DNA of 64,000 bases, taken from an uncultured Nitrososphaerales archaeon. GTDB lineage: Archaea > Thermoproteota > Nitrososphaeria > Nitrososphaerales > Nitrososphaeraceae. Positions within the stretch are counted from its first letter, which is position 1; the number at the start of each line of letters is the position of its first letter. Under the pieces are notes generated by a model. It was not told the DNA's origin. It worked only from the letters and a program-made list of their open reading frames with translations, and made no database searches. The translations under genes and the position numbers were made by a program. Where the stretch lies: the NCBI GenBank assembly GCA_963695855.1, contig CAVOHZ010000003.1, forward strand, positions 192,001-256,000, in the 5' to 3' direction. Of the stretch, positions 1-10,151 are shown piece by piece.

Positions 1-633
1 GCAGGTTCATGGGGCAAAATAGGTTCAATAGGCGGTTCAGAAATCAAACCAGTAGGTTCTCAACAATTAACAATACCAGCATTTTCTCAACCGATAGAGA
101 CAACCAAAGTGGAATATCATAAATCTGTTTCAAGTGATATTTACATATTAAATGAATTCCCATATCCAGTTATGGCCAAGACATTTGTAGATGTAACTAC
201 TGGAACTCCACCGGTTCAGTTTCAATTTATATTGGAAAAGACAGGAACTGGAGAACCACCTATTCCAGAAATGACAAGTTTTGAAGCTACCCCTCCACTA
301 CTTGAAAGAACAGAGAGAGGAGATTATTATGTACAATTGGATTGGAATCCGGTACGCATTCTTGCTGGAAACGAAACAACATTTACATTAGACTTTCTTG
401 ATAAAGACCATTTCCCAACATCAAAGGTAAGTTATAACCTAAAATTGACCGGGTCTAACAATACATCTATAGCAGATTTGAAAAATCAGTTTGCTCCAGA
501 TGGAACAAAAGCTCATAAATTTACGTTCGAGAAACCAACATTAGTTAATGTAGAAGTATCGATCAATAGTGTAAAAGGTGTCGATACAGGAGCATTCATC
601 GAGAAAACCGATTTTACAGTGAATGTAAATTAG
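1..633 (+). CDS. Hypothetical protein, 5'-truncated by the window edge
   Basis: Frame 1 is open from base 1 (AGSWGKIGSIGGSEIKPVGSQQ...) to TAG at 631-633; beta-rich, Ig-like-looking C-terminus. Confidence 0.7.
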   Translation, partial: AGSWGKIGSIGGSEIKPVGSQQLTIPAFSQPIETTKVEYHKSVSSDIYILNEFPYPVMAKTFVDVTTGTPPVQFQFILEKTGTGEPPIPEMTSFEATPPLLERTERGDYYVQLDWNPVRILAGNETTFTLDFLDKDHFPTSKVSYNLKLTGSNNTSIADLKNQFAPDGTKAHKFTFEKPTLVNVEVSINSVKGVDTGAFIEKTDFTVNVN

Positions 634-685
634 AAAGAAAATAATTTTTTTAATTATTTTTTATTGAATCTATTCTTATCAAAGT

Positions 686-1390
686 ATGTCTCCAAAAAAA
701 AGAGTCGTTCTAATAACTTGTGTTTTTATTGTAACCTCCATAATAGTCAATTTAACAATCATAGCATATAATGGAGGTTTTAGCAACGGTAATTTGGTCA
801 CCTCGACTGGATCTCAAAATCTATGGAAGGCAGGCAATAACATAAAACCGGGAGATTTTATGGTTTATGAGCTACAAACAAAAGATAATCAAAACAATAT
901 TCAAAATAGAATCGTAAATATTTCTTTTTATGACAAAGCAGATGAATATTGGAATACCCGGTTCATTATTTCAAACCAAACTGGAAATATTATAAAGTTT
1001 GTAGAAAACTTATCAAAGTCAAATCTGTTAGTAAAAGACCCCGATGAGAGGAATAAAGAATATTTCAAAGAAATTGAGACAACAATTCTATCAATAAGAG
1101 ATGTAACAAGAGAACAAAAATACCTAGTAATAGGAGCGCAATGGGATACAATTTTATCAGGGGTTTCCACCATTCCATTGAAAATAACTTCAAATCAAGA
1201 GATAGAAACCCCTATAGGAAAAGTAAACGCATATATTTTAAACTATAGGCTAAACAATACCAACAATAACATATGGATTTCAGAAAAATTTCCATTACCT
1301 ATAAAAGCAGAGATTCATGATGAACAAGGCAAAATAATATTCAAATATTTAATAAAAAACACAAATATTAAATCTTCTTTAAACACATAA
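686..1390 (+). CDS. Membrane-anchored hypothetical protein
   Basis: 234 aa ORF with an N-terminal basic + hydrophobic helix. Confidence 0.7.
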   Translation: MSPKKRVVLITCVFIVTSIIVNLTIIAYNGGFSNGNLVTSTGSQNLWKAGNNIKPGDFMVYELQTKDNQNNIQNRIVNISFYDKADEYWNTRFIISNQTGNIIKFVENLSKSNLLVKDPDERNKEYFKEIETTILSIRDVTREQKYLVIGAQWDTILSGVSTIPLKITSNQEIETPIGKVNAYILNYRLNNTNNNIWISEKFPLPIKAEIHDEQGKIIFKYLIKNTNIKSSLNT

Positions 1391-1879
1391 ATTAAAAAGT
1401 TGTTTGTTTTTCTTTGACATAAAAACCTCAGATAAAAGCCAATTTATATAATTTTCTATATAAGAGTCAATTAAACACCAAATGTGTACAGAACCTGGAA
1501 GTATTTCAATTCTGCCATTTTTTAGAATAACTCTTACTCCTTCTTTACCCTCATACATATATGCATCTAAGACTCGAGCTCCAGGAATACTAGCTGTCGC
1601 TTTAGATTTGACTATTTCTCGGGATATTGTAAAATTTTTTCTAAATTTATCTACAATGATACCAATATTTTCACGACCGTATGAGTCAAAATCACTTATT
1701 TTTCTAGAGTCTGGAAAATGTAATTGCAAATCTAAATTATACCTTTTCCCCACAAAATGTGCGATTTCGTTTATCCTAGCAAATGCAAGATTTGAATTTT
1801 TTCTAGCCAATTCTTCTAAAACGGCTTTATTAGCCATGAAATTAAATCGCAAATCCCTAATAAGATCTGAGAATATCAT
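1379..1879 (-). CDS. Conserved hypothetical protein
   Basis: 166 aa ORF with protein-like composition (DAYMYEGKEGVRV, EILPGSVHIWC); true start may be the internal Met (MANKAV). Confidence 0.7.
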   Translation of the reverse strand: MIFSDLIRDLRFNFMANKAVLEELARKNSNLAFARINEIAHFVGKRYNLDLQLHFPDSRKISDFDSYGRENIGIIVDKFRKNFTISREIVKSKATASIPGARVLDAYMYEGKEGVRVILKNGRIEILPGSVHIWCLIDSYIENYINWLLSEVFMSKKNKQLFNLCV

Positions 1880-1941
1880 ATTTAGAAGAGTTTCATAACA
1901 TATTTATATATTATACACATCTAACAATAAATTTTAATGCT

Positions 1942-2571
1942 ATGTTAAATAGTGGAAGTAGACAAGACAGGATAGAAAATGTCAATAATTATAAGATGAT
2001 ATGTACTGATTTTATCAAGGACCTATCTACAGATTACATTGGATGGATAGAAAGATATGATCTCGAAGAAAAAGAAAATAAGAAGAGAAAAGAACGAATC
2101 AAAGAGACAGTAGAAAAAACGAATAATTGGATTTATGTGTTCGGAAATTCAATAAAGAAAATAGATATAATAATGAATGACGGCATAAATAAGATGGCTG
2201 AAACTACAGCAGGATACCCATTTAAATTTGACATATATATTAAAAATATGTTTAGGTATACTTATCACGAGATCGGAAAAATAAATGTAAATTTAAAAGC
2301 GATACCCAGGTCAGAGAATCAAATAAGATTGGGAAAATATGATACCATAAATTCGATACTAATTAATTCATCATCAACCGTTAATTACACAATAAGTAAA
2401 AATAGTTTTGAATTAGTCGATGTGCTAGATGATTTTATTGTTATTGATGCAACGAAATGTTCTGATAAGGATGTTATATCATTCACCACAATAGTAGAAG
2501 AATGTAAGAATGATTTTGTATCTGAAAAGAGAGGATATTCAACCATCATTTCCATAAACCAAAATTCATGA
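1942..2571 (+). CDS. Hypothetical protein
   Basis: 209 aa ORF, no recognisable motif. Confidence 0.55.
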   Translation: MLNSGSRQDRIENVNNYKMICTDFIKDLSTDYIGWIERYDLEEKENKKRKERIKETVEKTNNWIYVFGNSIKKIDIIMNDGINKMAETTAGYPFKFDIYIKNMFRYTYHEIGKINVNLKAIPRSENQIRLGKYDTINSILINSSSTVNYTISKNSFELVDVLDDFIVIDATKCSDKDVISFTTIVEECKNDFVSEKRGYSTIISINQNS

Positions 2572-2579
2572 AAAGATAC

Positions 2580-2587
2580 TTTAAATA
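2580..2587 (+). promoter_or_regulatory. TATA box of the tRNA-Gly gene
   Basis: TTTAAATA about 30 nt upstream of the tRNA 5' end, preceded by a purine-rich BRE-like segment. Confidence 0.55.
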
Positions 2588-2612
2588 ACGAAGAATTCAG
2601 ATTTTCGTATGT

Positions 2613-2687
2613 GCGACGGTCGTCCAGTTTGGTCTAGGACATCAGATTGCCAATCTGGTAACCCGGGTTCAAATCCCGGTCGTCGCA
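2613..2687 (+). tRNA. tRNA-Gly(GCC), intronless, CCA not encoded
   Basis: Acceptor stem GCGACGG/TCGTCGC, D arm GTCC..GGAC, anticodon arm TCAGA-TTGCCAA-TCTGG, T arm CCGGG-TTCAAAT-CCCGG, discriminator A. Confidence 0.97.
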
Positions 2688-2718
2688 TATTTATAGATCG
2701 AATTTAATAAATCACTAT

Positions 2719-2940
2719 TTAATCAAATCCACTTCCACATGCACATAGGCCATTCTCGTCAACACCTCCATCACATATTGGACACACCGCAATGTATTTG
2801 GATTCCCAAATGGATTTTCCAAATAAATGAAAATGCGTGTCGATCTCTTTTGGAATTTCAAAATCCTCTAATTTACAAGATATTTCATTATCAGTAGATT
2901 TCGACTTTACATTTTTTTTATGTCTCTTATTTGGATACAC
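2719..2940 (-). CDS. Small Cys-rich putative zinc-binding protein
   Basis: C-terminal CPIC-x8-CAC plus HFH motif. Confidence 0.7.
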   Translation of the reverse strand: MYPNKRHKKNVKSKSTDNEISCKLEDFEIPKEIDTHFHLFGKSIWESKYIAVCPICDGGVDENGLCACGSGFD

Positions 2941-2945
2941 CTGAA

Positions 2946-3401
2946 TTATTCACTTTTTTTATAGTACAATCTTTCAATATTATTCCTAATAATATTAATG
3001 GCATTTTCTATCTTATCTCTATTGGGAAGCTGAATCATAAACAAATTAGAAGAGTATTTTGTAGAATATTCTTTCGGGATAATGGCTAATAGACCGATTC
3101 GGTACAGACATTCGAAAAATTCTAACGATGTATTGGCATGTATCAAAAAATTTTCCTCGATGCCCAAATTAATCATTTCTAATTGTATATCTACAAAAAC
3201 ATAATAACCATCATAAAAAATATTTAGCAGAACTTCAACAGTATATTTTTTTCCGAAAGATTTATTGATAATATTTTCGTAAGCGTCTTTATTTAAGTAA
3301 ATGCAAGGTATTTTATTACCTTCATAATCAATCACCCCAAAACCTTCTTTATGCAGATTTGTCAAGAAATCCTTTACATCGTTAAATTTCCGAAATCTCA
3401 C
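2946..3401 (-). CDS. Hypothetical protein
   Basis: 151 aa ORF co-oriented in the 5822-2719 gene run. Confidence 0.7.
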   Translation of the reverse strand: MRFRKFNDVKDFLTNLHKEGFGVIDYEGNKIPCIYLNKDAYENIINKSFGKKYTVEVLLNIFYDGYYVFVDIQLEMINLGIEENFLIHANTSLEFFECLYRIGLLAIIPKEYSTKYSSNLFMIQLPNRDKIENAINIIRNNIERLYYKKSE

Positions 3402-3462
3402 AATAAAAAATTCAAGAGAATCACTTTTATTTCTTTTTCTTTTTGGATAATGTAGGATTAGA

Positions 3463-5082
3463 TTAGTTTAGATTGATTGATTTAGCTAATAAAATAGCTC
3501 TCTCAGTATCTTCATTTGTACTCATATTGGCTTTTAATTTATAAGCATAATACAACAAGTCAATTATTTTGGTACAATCCAAAATTATTTTATGTGTTGC
3601 AGAACCGGCTATATTAGAACCGGAGAACACACTGCTTGCATCAGAAGCAAATTCTGCAATATTGTTAACAGATAAATTTTGTTTAAATAAAAGGGCACCA
3701 GAATTACCTGAAATAGAAATTGCTGATGTTTCATTTGGCTCGTTGCGGAAAATTTCAATATCGTCATGCGAAAAATAATAATTTTCATAGCGAGGAGAGG
3801 TTTGTTTAATTGATTCTAAAAGAGTTTCAATAGAAGTTATAATTTCCTGCTTTAAATCAACTACAGAGATCATATGATTTTTAATTTTGATAAATTCTGA
3901 AATAGAAATATTCATTATACTGCCTTTTATCTTCAGACCAGGATAAGTACTCTTTAGAGCTTCATCTATTGAATCTTCAGTAACTGATTGCAGATTTTTA
4001 TGGCGACCGATTTCAAAAGAATTATACATTATATTCAAAATTGAACGAATATTTCTAAAATCAAAATCATCGTATAATATCTTCAATTTAGACAATAAAT
4101 CTTTTATGTCGGCTTGCGATAAACCGGAGTATTGATTATAATACCTTATATATTCAAGAACAATGTCTGAAATTTCTTCAAAGGAATTTGATCCTGCTAA
4201 ATCAATTTTATAATTAGCCTTTTCAAGTCTATCAAAAACAGAACTATCCTTCATCCCAATTCCGTTATATGCGAATGGAGTTGAAATTAACATGAGAATT
4301 GTATATGGGAGATGGGTGTTTATCAAAGCTTTTACGAAAGATAACGTATCACTAGTTGCGTCGAATTCATCAAACTGGAATATAGAAATCTTGTTTAGTA
4401 GTTTTAGATTAAGGCGAGAGAGTAATGATAACCTATTTATCATATCAAGTAATGTAACAGAGTCATAAGAATCAAATTTATTTTGTATTATTTTCTTGAT
4501 TATCACTAAATCCGATGACGAGAACTCGCCTTCAAATAAAGAATCAATTTTATCAATATTGAGATCTATCTTATTTGCTATAATTTGAAGAACTTTACTT
4601 TCCAAACCTTTACCAGATAAAGACTCGAAAAAGCCAAGTTTAAAAATTTTTTTTGCAAGTTTATTATTACTTTTGCTTTTATCCAGTATATAATATAGTA
4701 TTTCTTTCCTTAGCATTCCCAGATAATCATTGTCAAAACCACGGATCATTGATTGATAAATACTCGGGATATTTTTAGGATAAATTTGAGATAAATCAAG
4801 ATAAGAAAAAATAGCTTTTTCTTTCAGATCGGATATTTTTACGTGGAGAGTCAAATGTGTCTTTCCAGATCCTACATCTTGAACTATCGTAACTATTCGA
4901 AACTTATTATTATCATTATTGATTCTATCTATGTTATAAATATCTTCAACGCAGGAAATAATAGAATTTTTTGCATCGTTATGTCTTTTACCTCCCAATA
5001 TCCTAGAGTCATCTATACTAGGAGTAGGACTGCTAGGAAAAGGATTATGAAGTAGATGATATGGATACAATTTTATAAACAC
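3463..5082 (-). CDS. P-loop NTPase, AAA+/STAND-like, uncharacterised
   Basis: Walker A-like QDVGSGKTH, Walker B IFQFDEFD, Arg-finger-like SVFDRL, sensor-2-like RNIRSIL; start GTG 5082 or TTG 5070 abuts the upstream gene's stop. Confidence 0.8.
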   Translation of the reverse strand: MFIKLYPYHLLHNPFPSSPTPSIDDSRILGGKRHNDAKNSIISCVEDIYNIDRINNDNNKFRIVTIVQDVGSGKTHLTLHVKISDLKEKAIFSYLDLSQIYPKNIPSIYQSMIRGFDNDYLGMLRKEILYYILDKSKSNNKLAKKIFKLGFFESLSGKGLESKVLQIIANKIDLNIDKIDSLFEGEFSSSDLVIIKKIIQNKFDSYDSVTLLDMINRLSLLSRLNLKLLNKISIFQFDEFDATSDTLSFVKALINTHLPYTILMLISTPFAYNGIGMKDSSVFDRLEKANYKIDLAGSNSFEEISDIVLEYIRYYNQYSGLSQADIKDLLSKLKILYDDFDFRNIRSILNIMYNSFEIGRHKNLQSVTEDSIDEALKSTYPGLKIKGSIMNISISEFIKIKNHMISVVDLKQEIITSIETLLESIKQTSPRYENYYFSHDDIEIFRNEPNETSAISISGNSGALLFKQNLSVNNIAEFASDASSVFSGSNIAGSATHKIILDCTKIIDLLYYAYKLKANMSTNEDTERAILLAKSINLN

Positions 5083-5822
5083 CTTACAAAGCCATGCAAT
5101 AATCCACGAATAATTATTCCCTCTTCCCCGCCAGAAGACAACTCATAATTATTTTTGAATTGATCTATCAATTCTTTTGTATAATAGTAAAATTGTTTCT
5201 CTGTGAGTTCGTGTTTTAGACAAAGATCATTTCGAACTATAGATAATGCCACCCATCCAATTGAACCAGCATTTTTTGAAATTGATAAATCGAAATCAAG
5301 TTTAAAAGTATTTAAATCAATTGTTTTTTCTGGTTTTGAAACCGACTCCTCATATCGTTGGTTACCGTTCGTTAATAAAGAATCCATTAGTAAAATGAGT
5401 CGACCATCCAGTTTTTCAACATGTTTATTAACTGAGGAAGACAGTCCATGAAATGAGTCTTGTAAATCTTTCAAAAGCTCGTAAATGTATTTAAATTTAG
5501 CGTCGGAATTAATAAGATATTGAAAATAGTTATCTTTATGCCAATAGTAATATATATTGGCTTTTTTGGCAATAATTACCTCTCCAGTTTTAAGCCATTC
5601 TTCAATTTTTTTATCAAAGTCTGTACCAGGATATTCTTTTTTTAAGGCAATCTTTTTTACCCCTTCTTCACCTGAAGAAAAAATTTTGTCAAATATTTTT
5701 TCCTCTAAAGACATGGAATACATTTTTAATTTTGTTATAAAAGATACTGGGTGATAATAGATAAAATAATTAGTAAATTTAATTTTACTATCATCGACCT
5801 TAGGTTTATTCTCAAATTTCAA
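5073..5822 (-). CDS. Putative winged-helix / coiled-coil / winged-helix DNA-binding protein
   Basis: Likely real start ATG at 5714 (MSLEEKIF), with TTTTATAA ~25 nt upstream; wHTH-like N-terminal segment, central heptad helix, C-terminal YELSSGGEEG motif; fold is inferred. Confidence 0.65.
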   Translation of the reverse strand: MKFENKPKVDDSKIKFTNYFIYYHPVSFITKLKMYSMSLEEKIFDKIFSSGEEGVKKIALKKEYPGTDFDKKIEEWLKTGEVIIAKKANIYYYWHKDNYFQYLINSDAKFKYIYELLKDLQDSFHGLSSSVNKHVEKLDGRLILLMDSLLTNGNQRYEESVSKPEKTIDLNTFKLDFDLSISKNAGSIGWVALSIVRNDLCLKHELTEKQFYYYTKELIDQFKNNYELSSGGEEGIIIRGLLHGFVRCL

Positions 5823-5920
5823 TAAAATTGTTGTTGTAAAATTTTATTTTATTTTCCCAATAAAATAATTAACAATTATTAATAATAAAGATCAAATTTG
5901 AATGTAAAATCCATATTTAT

Positions 5921-5981
5921 TAACGGGATGATGAAAACTTTGCTGATGGATGATGAAAGCACTAGGGTATCTGACCGGTTA
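5921..5981 (+). ncRNA. Box C/D sRNA
   Basis: C ATGATGA 5928-5934, D' CTGA 5943-5946, C' ATGATGA 5950-5956, D CTGA 5971-5974, terminal stem TAACGGG/CCGGTTA. Confidence 0.85.
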
Positions 5982-6333
5982 CGCTTTTATAGCTTTAATA
6001 AATACTTACATTTTACATCTCAAAGAATTAGTATAGTCGAAAATCAGAGATTATTTATTTTTCTTATCATGGTTTTGCTTCAACATAGAATCCTTAAATA
6101 TGATTTTTTATACTCCTGTGATAATTTAACATAAATCTCTTGTTGAAGATTTGCTCTTTCTACGCAAATATATTTATGGAATTCTATACCTTGTTTCCTA
6201 ACTCGTTGTTTTTAACAAATTTAGCTAACTTATCCTAGTCATAATATGTGAACTGGAGAAATTATAAGTAGTCTCTAGTAAAAAGAGATGAGATATTACT
6301 TGATATTAACGTTGTTCATAAGAAATAGATAGA

Positions 6334-6696
6334 ATGAACAATGATTTAACAAACAATGAAGATGGATGTATTTCTTTTGAAGAATTTTTAAAAATCGATT
6401 TAAGAGTAGGAAAAATAAAAAAAGTAGAGACTGTCCCTCGTATGAACAAAATATACAAAGCCGAAATTGACATTGGAACAGAAGATAGAGAAGTAGTAAT
6501 TGGAGTAGCAGAGTATTATAAGCCAGAACAATTAGAGGGGAAAATTGTTGTTGTGTGTACTAACCTTCGTCCAAAAAAGATTGGACAGATATTTTCCAGA
6601 GGAATGGTATTAGCTGCAGAATGTGATAAAGAAAAGCCGATTCTTATTACTATTGATAGTACAGAGAATTGTAGTCTAGGATCAAAAATTCATTAA
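6334..6696 (+). CDS. tRNA-binding OB-fold protein (CsaA / MetRS C-terminal family)
   Basis: FEEFLKIDLRVGKI, NLRPKKIG, SRGMVLAA. Confidence 0.9.
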   Translation: MNNDLTNNEDGCISFEEFLKIDLRVGKIKKVETVPRMNKIYKAEIDIGTEDREVVIGVAEYYKPEQLEGKIVVVCTNLRPKKIGQIFSRGMVLAAECDKEKPILITIDSTENCSLGSKIH

Positions 6697-6701
6697 TTAT
6701 A

Positions 6702-7418
6702 TTAAAAATTATTATTATGACTATTTGTTTCCTTTTTATTATATACATCTTGCATTAGGTCTTCGTATTCCTTATCGAGATCTTTAGTATCTATTCTTAT
6801 TTTCTCTAGTTTGGAAAAAGCATTAATAATACTCTTAGCTGCCAAAGGTTGTTTAACATCTGTTTTTGAAATTTCTCCAAACAATCCTATTGCATCTATT
6901 CCTCTTTGCCAAGCTAATCCCAAAATCAAACCATTAAACCATGTAATATTACCAATTTCGTTTCCAACCAATTCTATTCCTGAATTAAACAACCGAGGCT
7001 TCAGTTCAGGATTATTTGTCACTCCGCAAACTTTAGGAGCGCCTGTCACTTGTTGTTTTAAGTAACCGCCTGCAGAATACAGACATTTAATTTTCCCAAT
7101 AGATAATATGTAATCTAAAAAAATATTACACAAGCTGTAAAGTTCATTTGAATCTTGTGGCTGGGAATCACCAGTAAAAATTATTATATTATATTTTTCT
7201 GAAAAATATATTTTATAAAAATCAAGTATGGGCTTGACAATCCCATCAGAATGAGATACCCATGGTTTTTCAATAGCTTCAATGTTTGCAATATTCTTTG
7301 TATCTAATTTTTTGGATAAAAAAGAAGATACAATGCCTCCAACTTTACCCATATCAGGTAAAGACGATATAACCATAAAATCATTAATATTAATATGTTC
7401 CAAAATTTCAAGTTTCAT
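6702..7418 (-). CDS. PAC2-family proteasome assembly chaperone
   Basis: LPDMGKVG, GDSQP, GGY, GLILGLA motifs. Confidence 0.85.
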   Translation of the reverse strand: MKLEILEHININDFMVISSLPDMGKVGGIVSSFLSKKLDTKNIANIEAIEKPWVSHSDGIVKPILDFYKIYFSEKYNIIIFTGDSQPQDSNELYSLCNIFLDYILSIGKIKCLYSAGGYLKQQVTGAPKVCGVTNNPELKPRLFNSGIELVGNEIGNITWFNGLILGLAWQRGIDAIGLFGEISKTDVKQPLAAKSIINAFSKLEKIRIDTKDLDKEYEDLMQDVYNKKETNSHNNNF

Positions 7419-7421
7419 ATC

Positions 7422-8300
7422 TTATTTAATTCCATTTAATTTCTTGACCAATGTATAGATAGCGGTATAATCAAGATTTGCTAATCCCATTTTTGAGGCA
7501 TAATTAAATAAATGTAAAACTGAATTTGTTATAGGCAAGGTGATATCGTTATCCTCTGCTAGATCCATAACTAAGCTTAGATCTTTTTTCATATGCTTGA
7601 GGTAAAAAGATGGATTATAATCACCCTTTATCATTCTAGGCCCTTTATTCTTACTCATACCCGTTTTAAAATGAGTAGAATTCAGAATTCTGAGATACAA
7701 ACTCCGATCTAGTCCAAAACTCTCTGATAAAATCAACCCTTCTGAAAGCGCTACAGCAATTATTCCTATATTAAGATTTAACGCTAGTTTTATGGCATTT
7801 GCTAACCCTGGCTTATCGCCGACATAATAAATAGGATTACCTAGCTTAGAGATTACTGGTCTAATTTTTTCATACACAGACTTTTCTCCTGAAACAATTG
7901 GAATAAGTTTTCCTTCAAGTACTGCTGCAGGCCCCCCCATCACTGGAGTGTTTAGGTACGTAATTCCGTTTTCCTTGAATTTATTATAACAAATTTCCGA
8001 TTCTTTTGGTGTAATCGTACTAAAATCTAAAACTATCATGTTTTTATTATTAGAATTTATTAAACCGTCCTCCTTAAAGCAAAGATCATTAATTGCTTCA
8101 TAATTAGTCACACAAATGGCAACAATTGAAGACTTATCGCCTATTTTTTTTGGAGAATCTAAAATAATCGCTCCACTTCTTGCTAGTGTTGATGATTTGG
8201 AAGATGTTCTATTATATACATTAATTTTGAAATTGCAATTTAACAATCTCAGACCAATATTATAGCCCAATAATCCAAGTCCCATAATACCGATTTGCAT
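7422..8300 (-). CDS. NAD(P)-dependent 3-hydroxyisobutyrate dehydrogenase-family oxidoreductase
   Basis: GLGLLG Rossmann motif, YNRT, PVMGG, catalytic K in AIKLALN, F.L..M.KD. Confidence 0.9.
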   Translation of the reverse strand: MQIGIMGLGLLGYNIGLRLLNCNFKINVYNRTSSKSSTLARSGAIILDSPKKIGDKSSIVAICVTNYEAINDLCFKEDGLINSNNKNMIVLDFSTITPKESEICYNKFKENGITYLNTPVMGGPAAVLEGKLIPIVSGEKSVYEKIRPVISKLGNPIYYVGDKPGLANAIKLALNLNIGIIAVALSEGLILSESFGLDRSLYLRILNSTHFKTGMSKNKGPRMIKGDYNPSFYLKHMKKDLSLVMDLAEDNDITLPITNSVLHLFNYASKMGLANLDYTAIYTLVKKLNGIK

Positions 8301-8360
8301 AAAAAAACAATAAAAGATTCCATAAAAATATTTTTTTATTTTTAAAAAAATAATGACCGA

Positions 8361-8672
8361 TTATACCAACAAGAATACGGATCCATTAGAAATCTTTGTT
8401 TGGTAAATCCCTAAAGGTATCTCCGCAGGTAGATTTTCAGGTTTTCCAGTTTCTAATTTGAACGCTGACATATGGAGTGGACATGTAACTGTTTTTTCTT
8501 GTTCATTTAGAATGCCTAAAGAGAGATCTGCATCAGCATGGGTACAAATTCTATCACTTGCATAAATTTGATCTCCTATTTTTACCAACAAGATTTTTTT
8601 TTCTTCGTAATTAAACTCCATAATCTCCCCAGACGAAAGAGATTTTAAATCACATACTTCAATCCAAGACAA
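8361..8672 (-). CDS. Rieske [2Fe-2S] ferredoxin
   Basis: CTH...CPLH ligand boxes. Confidence 0.92.
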   Translation of the reverse strand: MSWIEVCDLKSLSSGEIMEFNYEEKKILLVKIGDQIYASDRICTHADADLSLGILNEQEKTVTCPLHMSAFKLETGKPENLPAEIPLGIYQTKISNGSVFLLV

Positions 8673-8708
8673 AAGACAAACACCGAATCATGGCTATATA
8701 AGGGAAAG

Positions 8709-10115
8709 CTATCGATACTTGTAATGTTTTTCAAATATATCCTCTGTTTCTCTATACCTAGTTTTCTCAACTTCAAGAATTTGTTCCATAGCTTCGTCTG
8801 TTCTTAAAATCAATGGTTTTCCTAACCATTTATTTTCGATAAGATAATTTATCCAAGCTCGAATAGTAGGACCCATTCTTCTTGAAATAGGTTCTAAAAA
8901 TCCCCCAACTATTTCCCGCTTTGCCGATTCTTCAGATAAACCACGACTCATTAGATAGAAAATTTGTTTTTCATCGATTTGAGATACTGATGCTGAATGA
9001 GTCGCCCTAACTTCATTTGATTCTATCTCCAATCCTGGAATAGCATCGGATTTTGCGCCTTTATCTAATAAAATAGCATGTCCTGCAAGATAAGATTCTG
9101 TAGATTTTGCATTCTTGTTGATCTTTATCATTCCCTTAAACAAAGATTGAGAAGTATCTTTCATTACAGATTTAACTAGAACCCTGCCCTTAGTATTTGG
9201 CGCAGAATGTATCAAGTTGGAAGAAATATCAAATGACTGGTTGTCTATTCCGAATATGATCTCCACATCCCCAACTGATGCACCTTGACCTTGCATTATG
9301 CTATCTATTTTATATCTTGAAAGTTGTGATCCAAATAGACCTATAGACCAAGACATATTAGCATCTTGTTCAACAAACGATTTTCTATTTGAAAAATTAA
9401 CTGTCTGGTAATCTAAGGATTGGAGAGTTACCATTTCTAGTTGCGAATTGTTCATGAGGTGAGCGTCCATTAATTCAAAATATACCTGCTGAATGTCCTT
9501 ATTTTTTATGTTCGCAGAATACAGCTCTTGAACTACAGTAGCTTTTGAATTTGATTCGCTAATGATAATATTTCTGGAAATAGAAGAAGATCCGCTTTCT
9601 GAAAGATAGTTAATTATTCTTATAGGCTCATCTATTACCATATTTTTTGGTACATATATAAAAAATCCATGTTTAAAAGCGGCGGAACAGAGAGCCAAAA
9701 ACCTATCTTCTTTAAAGTCAAGTTTATTTTTTGTAAGGTGTTTTTTTATTATATCAGAATATTCATTTAGTGCCTCAGAAATTTTAGAAATAACAAGACC
9801 TCTTTTCTTTAATTCATCATCCAAAAATGTATTTATAATGCTGCCATTCTTGCATACAATACCAGTTCCTTTACTCAACTCTGCAATTCTATCCGAGAAT
9901 ATACTTACATCTTGATTCTCTTTAGTTTCATCAAAAAAAATCTTATCCGGTAGTAGACGATTTGCATTTGAATATTTTGTATATAATTGCGAGACCTCAA
10001 ATGGAAGCTTTTCATAGTTTAGAGATGCATCTTTCCTGAATTGACGCATCCATTCTGGTTCTGAATCATCAAAAATATTGTCAAAATTATCTTCTATAGA
10101 CGATAATTTGTACAT
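8709..10115 (-). CDS. sufD: Fe-S cluster assembly protein SufD
   Basis: SufBD fold, [21 protein letters not shown]; downstream of sufB. Confidence 0.9.
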   Translation of the reverse strand: MYKLSSIEDNFDNIFDDSEPEWMRQFRKDASLNYEKLPFEVSQLYTKYSNANRLLPDKIFFDETKENQDVSIFSDRIAELSKGTGIVCKNGSIINTFLDDELKKRGLVISKISEALNEYSDIIKKHLTKNKLDFKEDRFLALCSAAFKHGFFIYVPKNMVIDEPIRIINYLSESGSSSISRNIIISESNSKATVVQELYSANIKNKDIQQVYFELMDAHLMNNSQLEMVTLQSLDYQTVNFSNRKSFVEQDANMSWSIGLFGSQLSRYKIDSIMQGQGASVGDVEIIFGIDNQSFDISSNLIHSAPNTKGRVLVKSVMKDTSQSLFKGMIKINKNAKSTESYLAGHAILLDKGAKSDAIPGLEIESNEVRATHSASVSQIDEKQIFYLMSRGLSEESAKREIVGGFLEPISRRMGPTIRAWINYLIENKWLGKPLILRTDEAMEQILEVEKTRYRETEDIFEKHYKYR

Positions 10116-10151
10116 TTTGAATACCTGTTATTTGAAATAATAGGTGTTTGG

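Noticed and set aside
2613-5822. tRNA-Gly as the att site of an integrated element carrying the ATPase operon
   Set aside because: No integrase, and no duplicate of the tRNA 3' end was seen in the window
5898-6134. 78-aa ORF from the track
   Set aside because: No motif; it overlaps a C/D sRNA with four consensus boxes, which explains the sequence better
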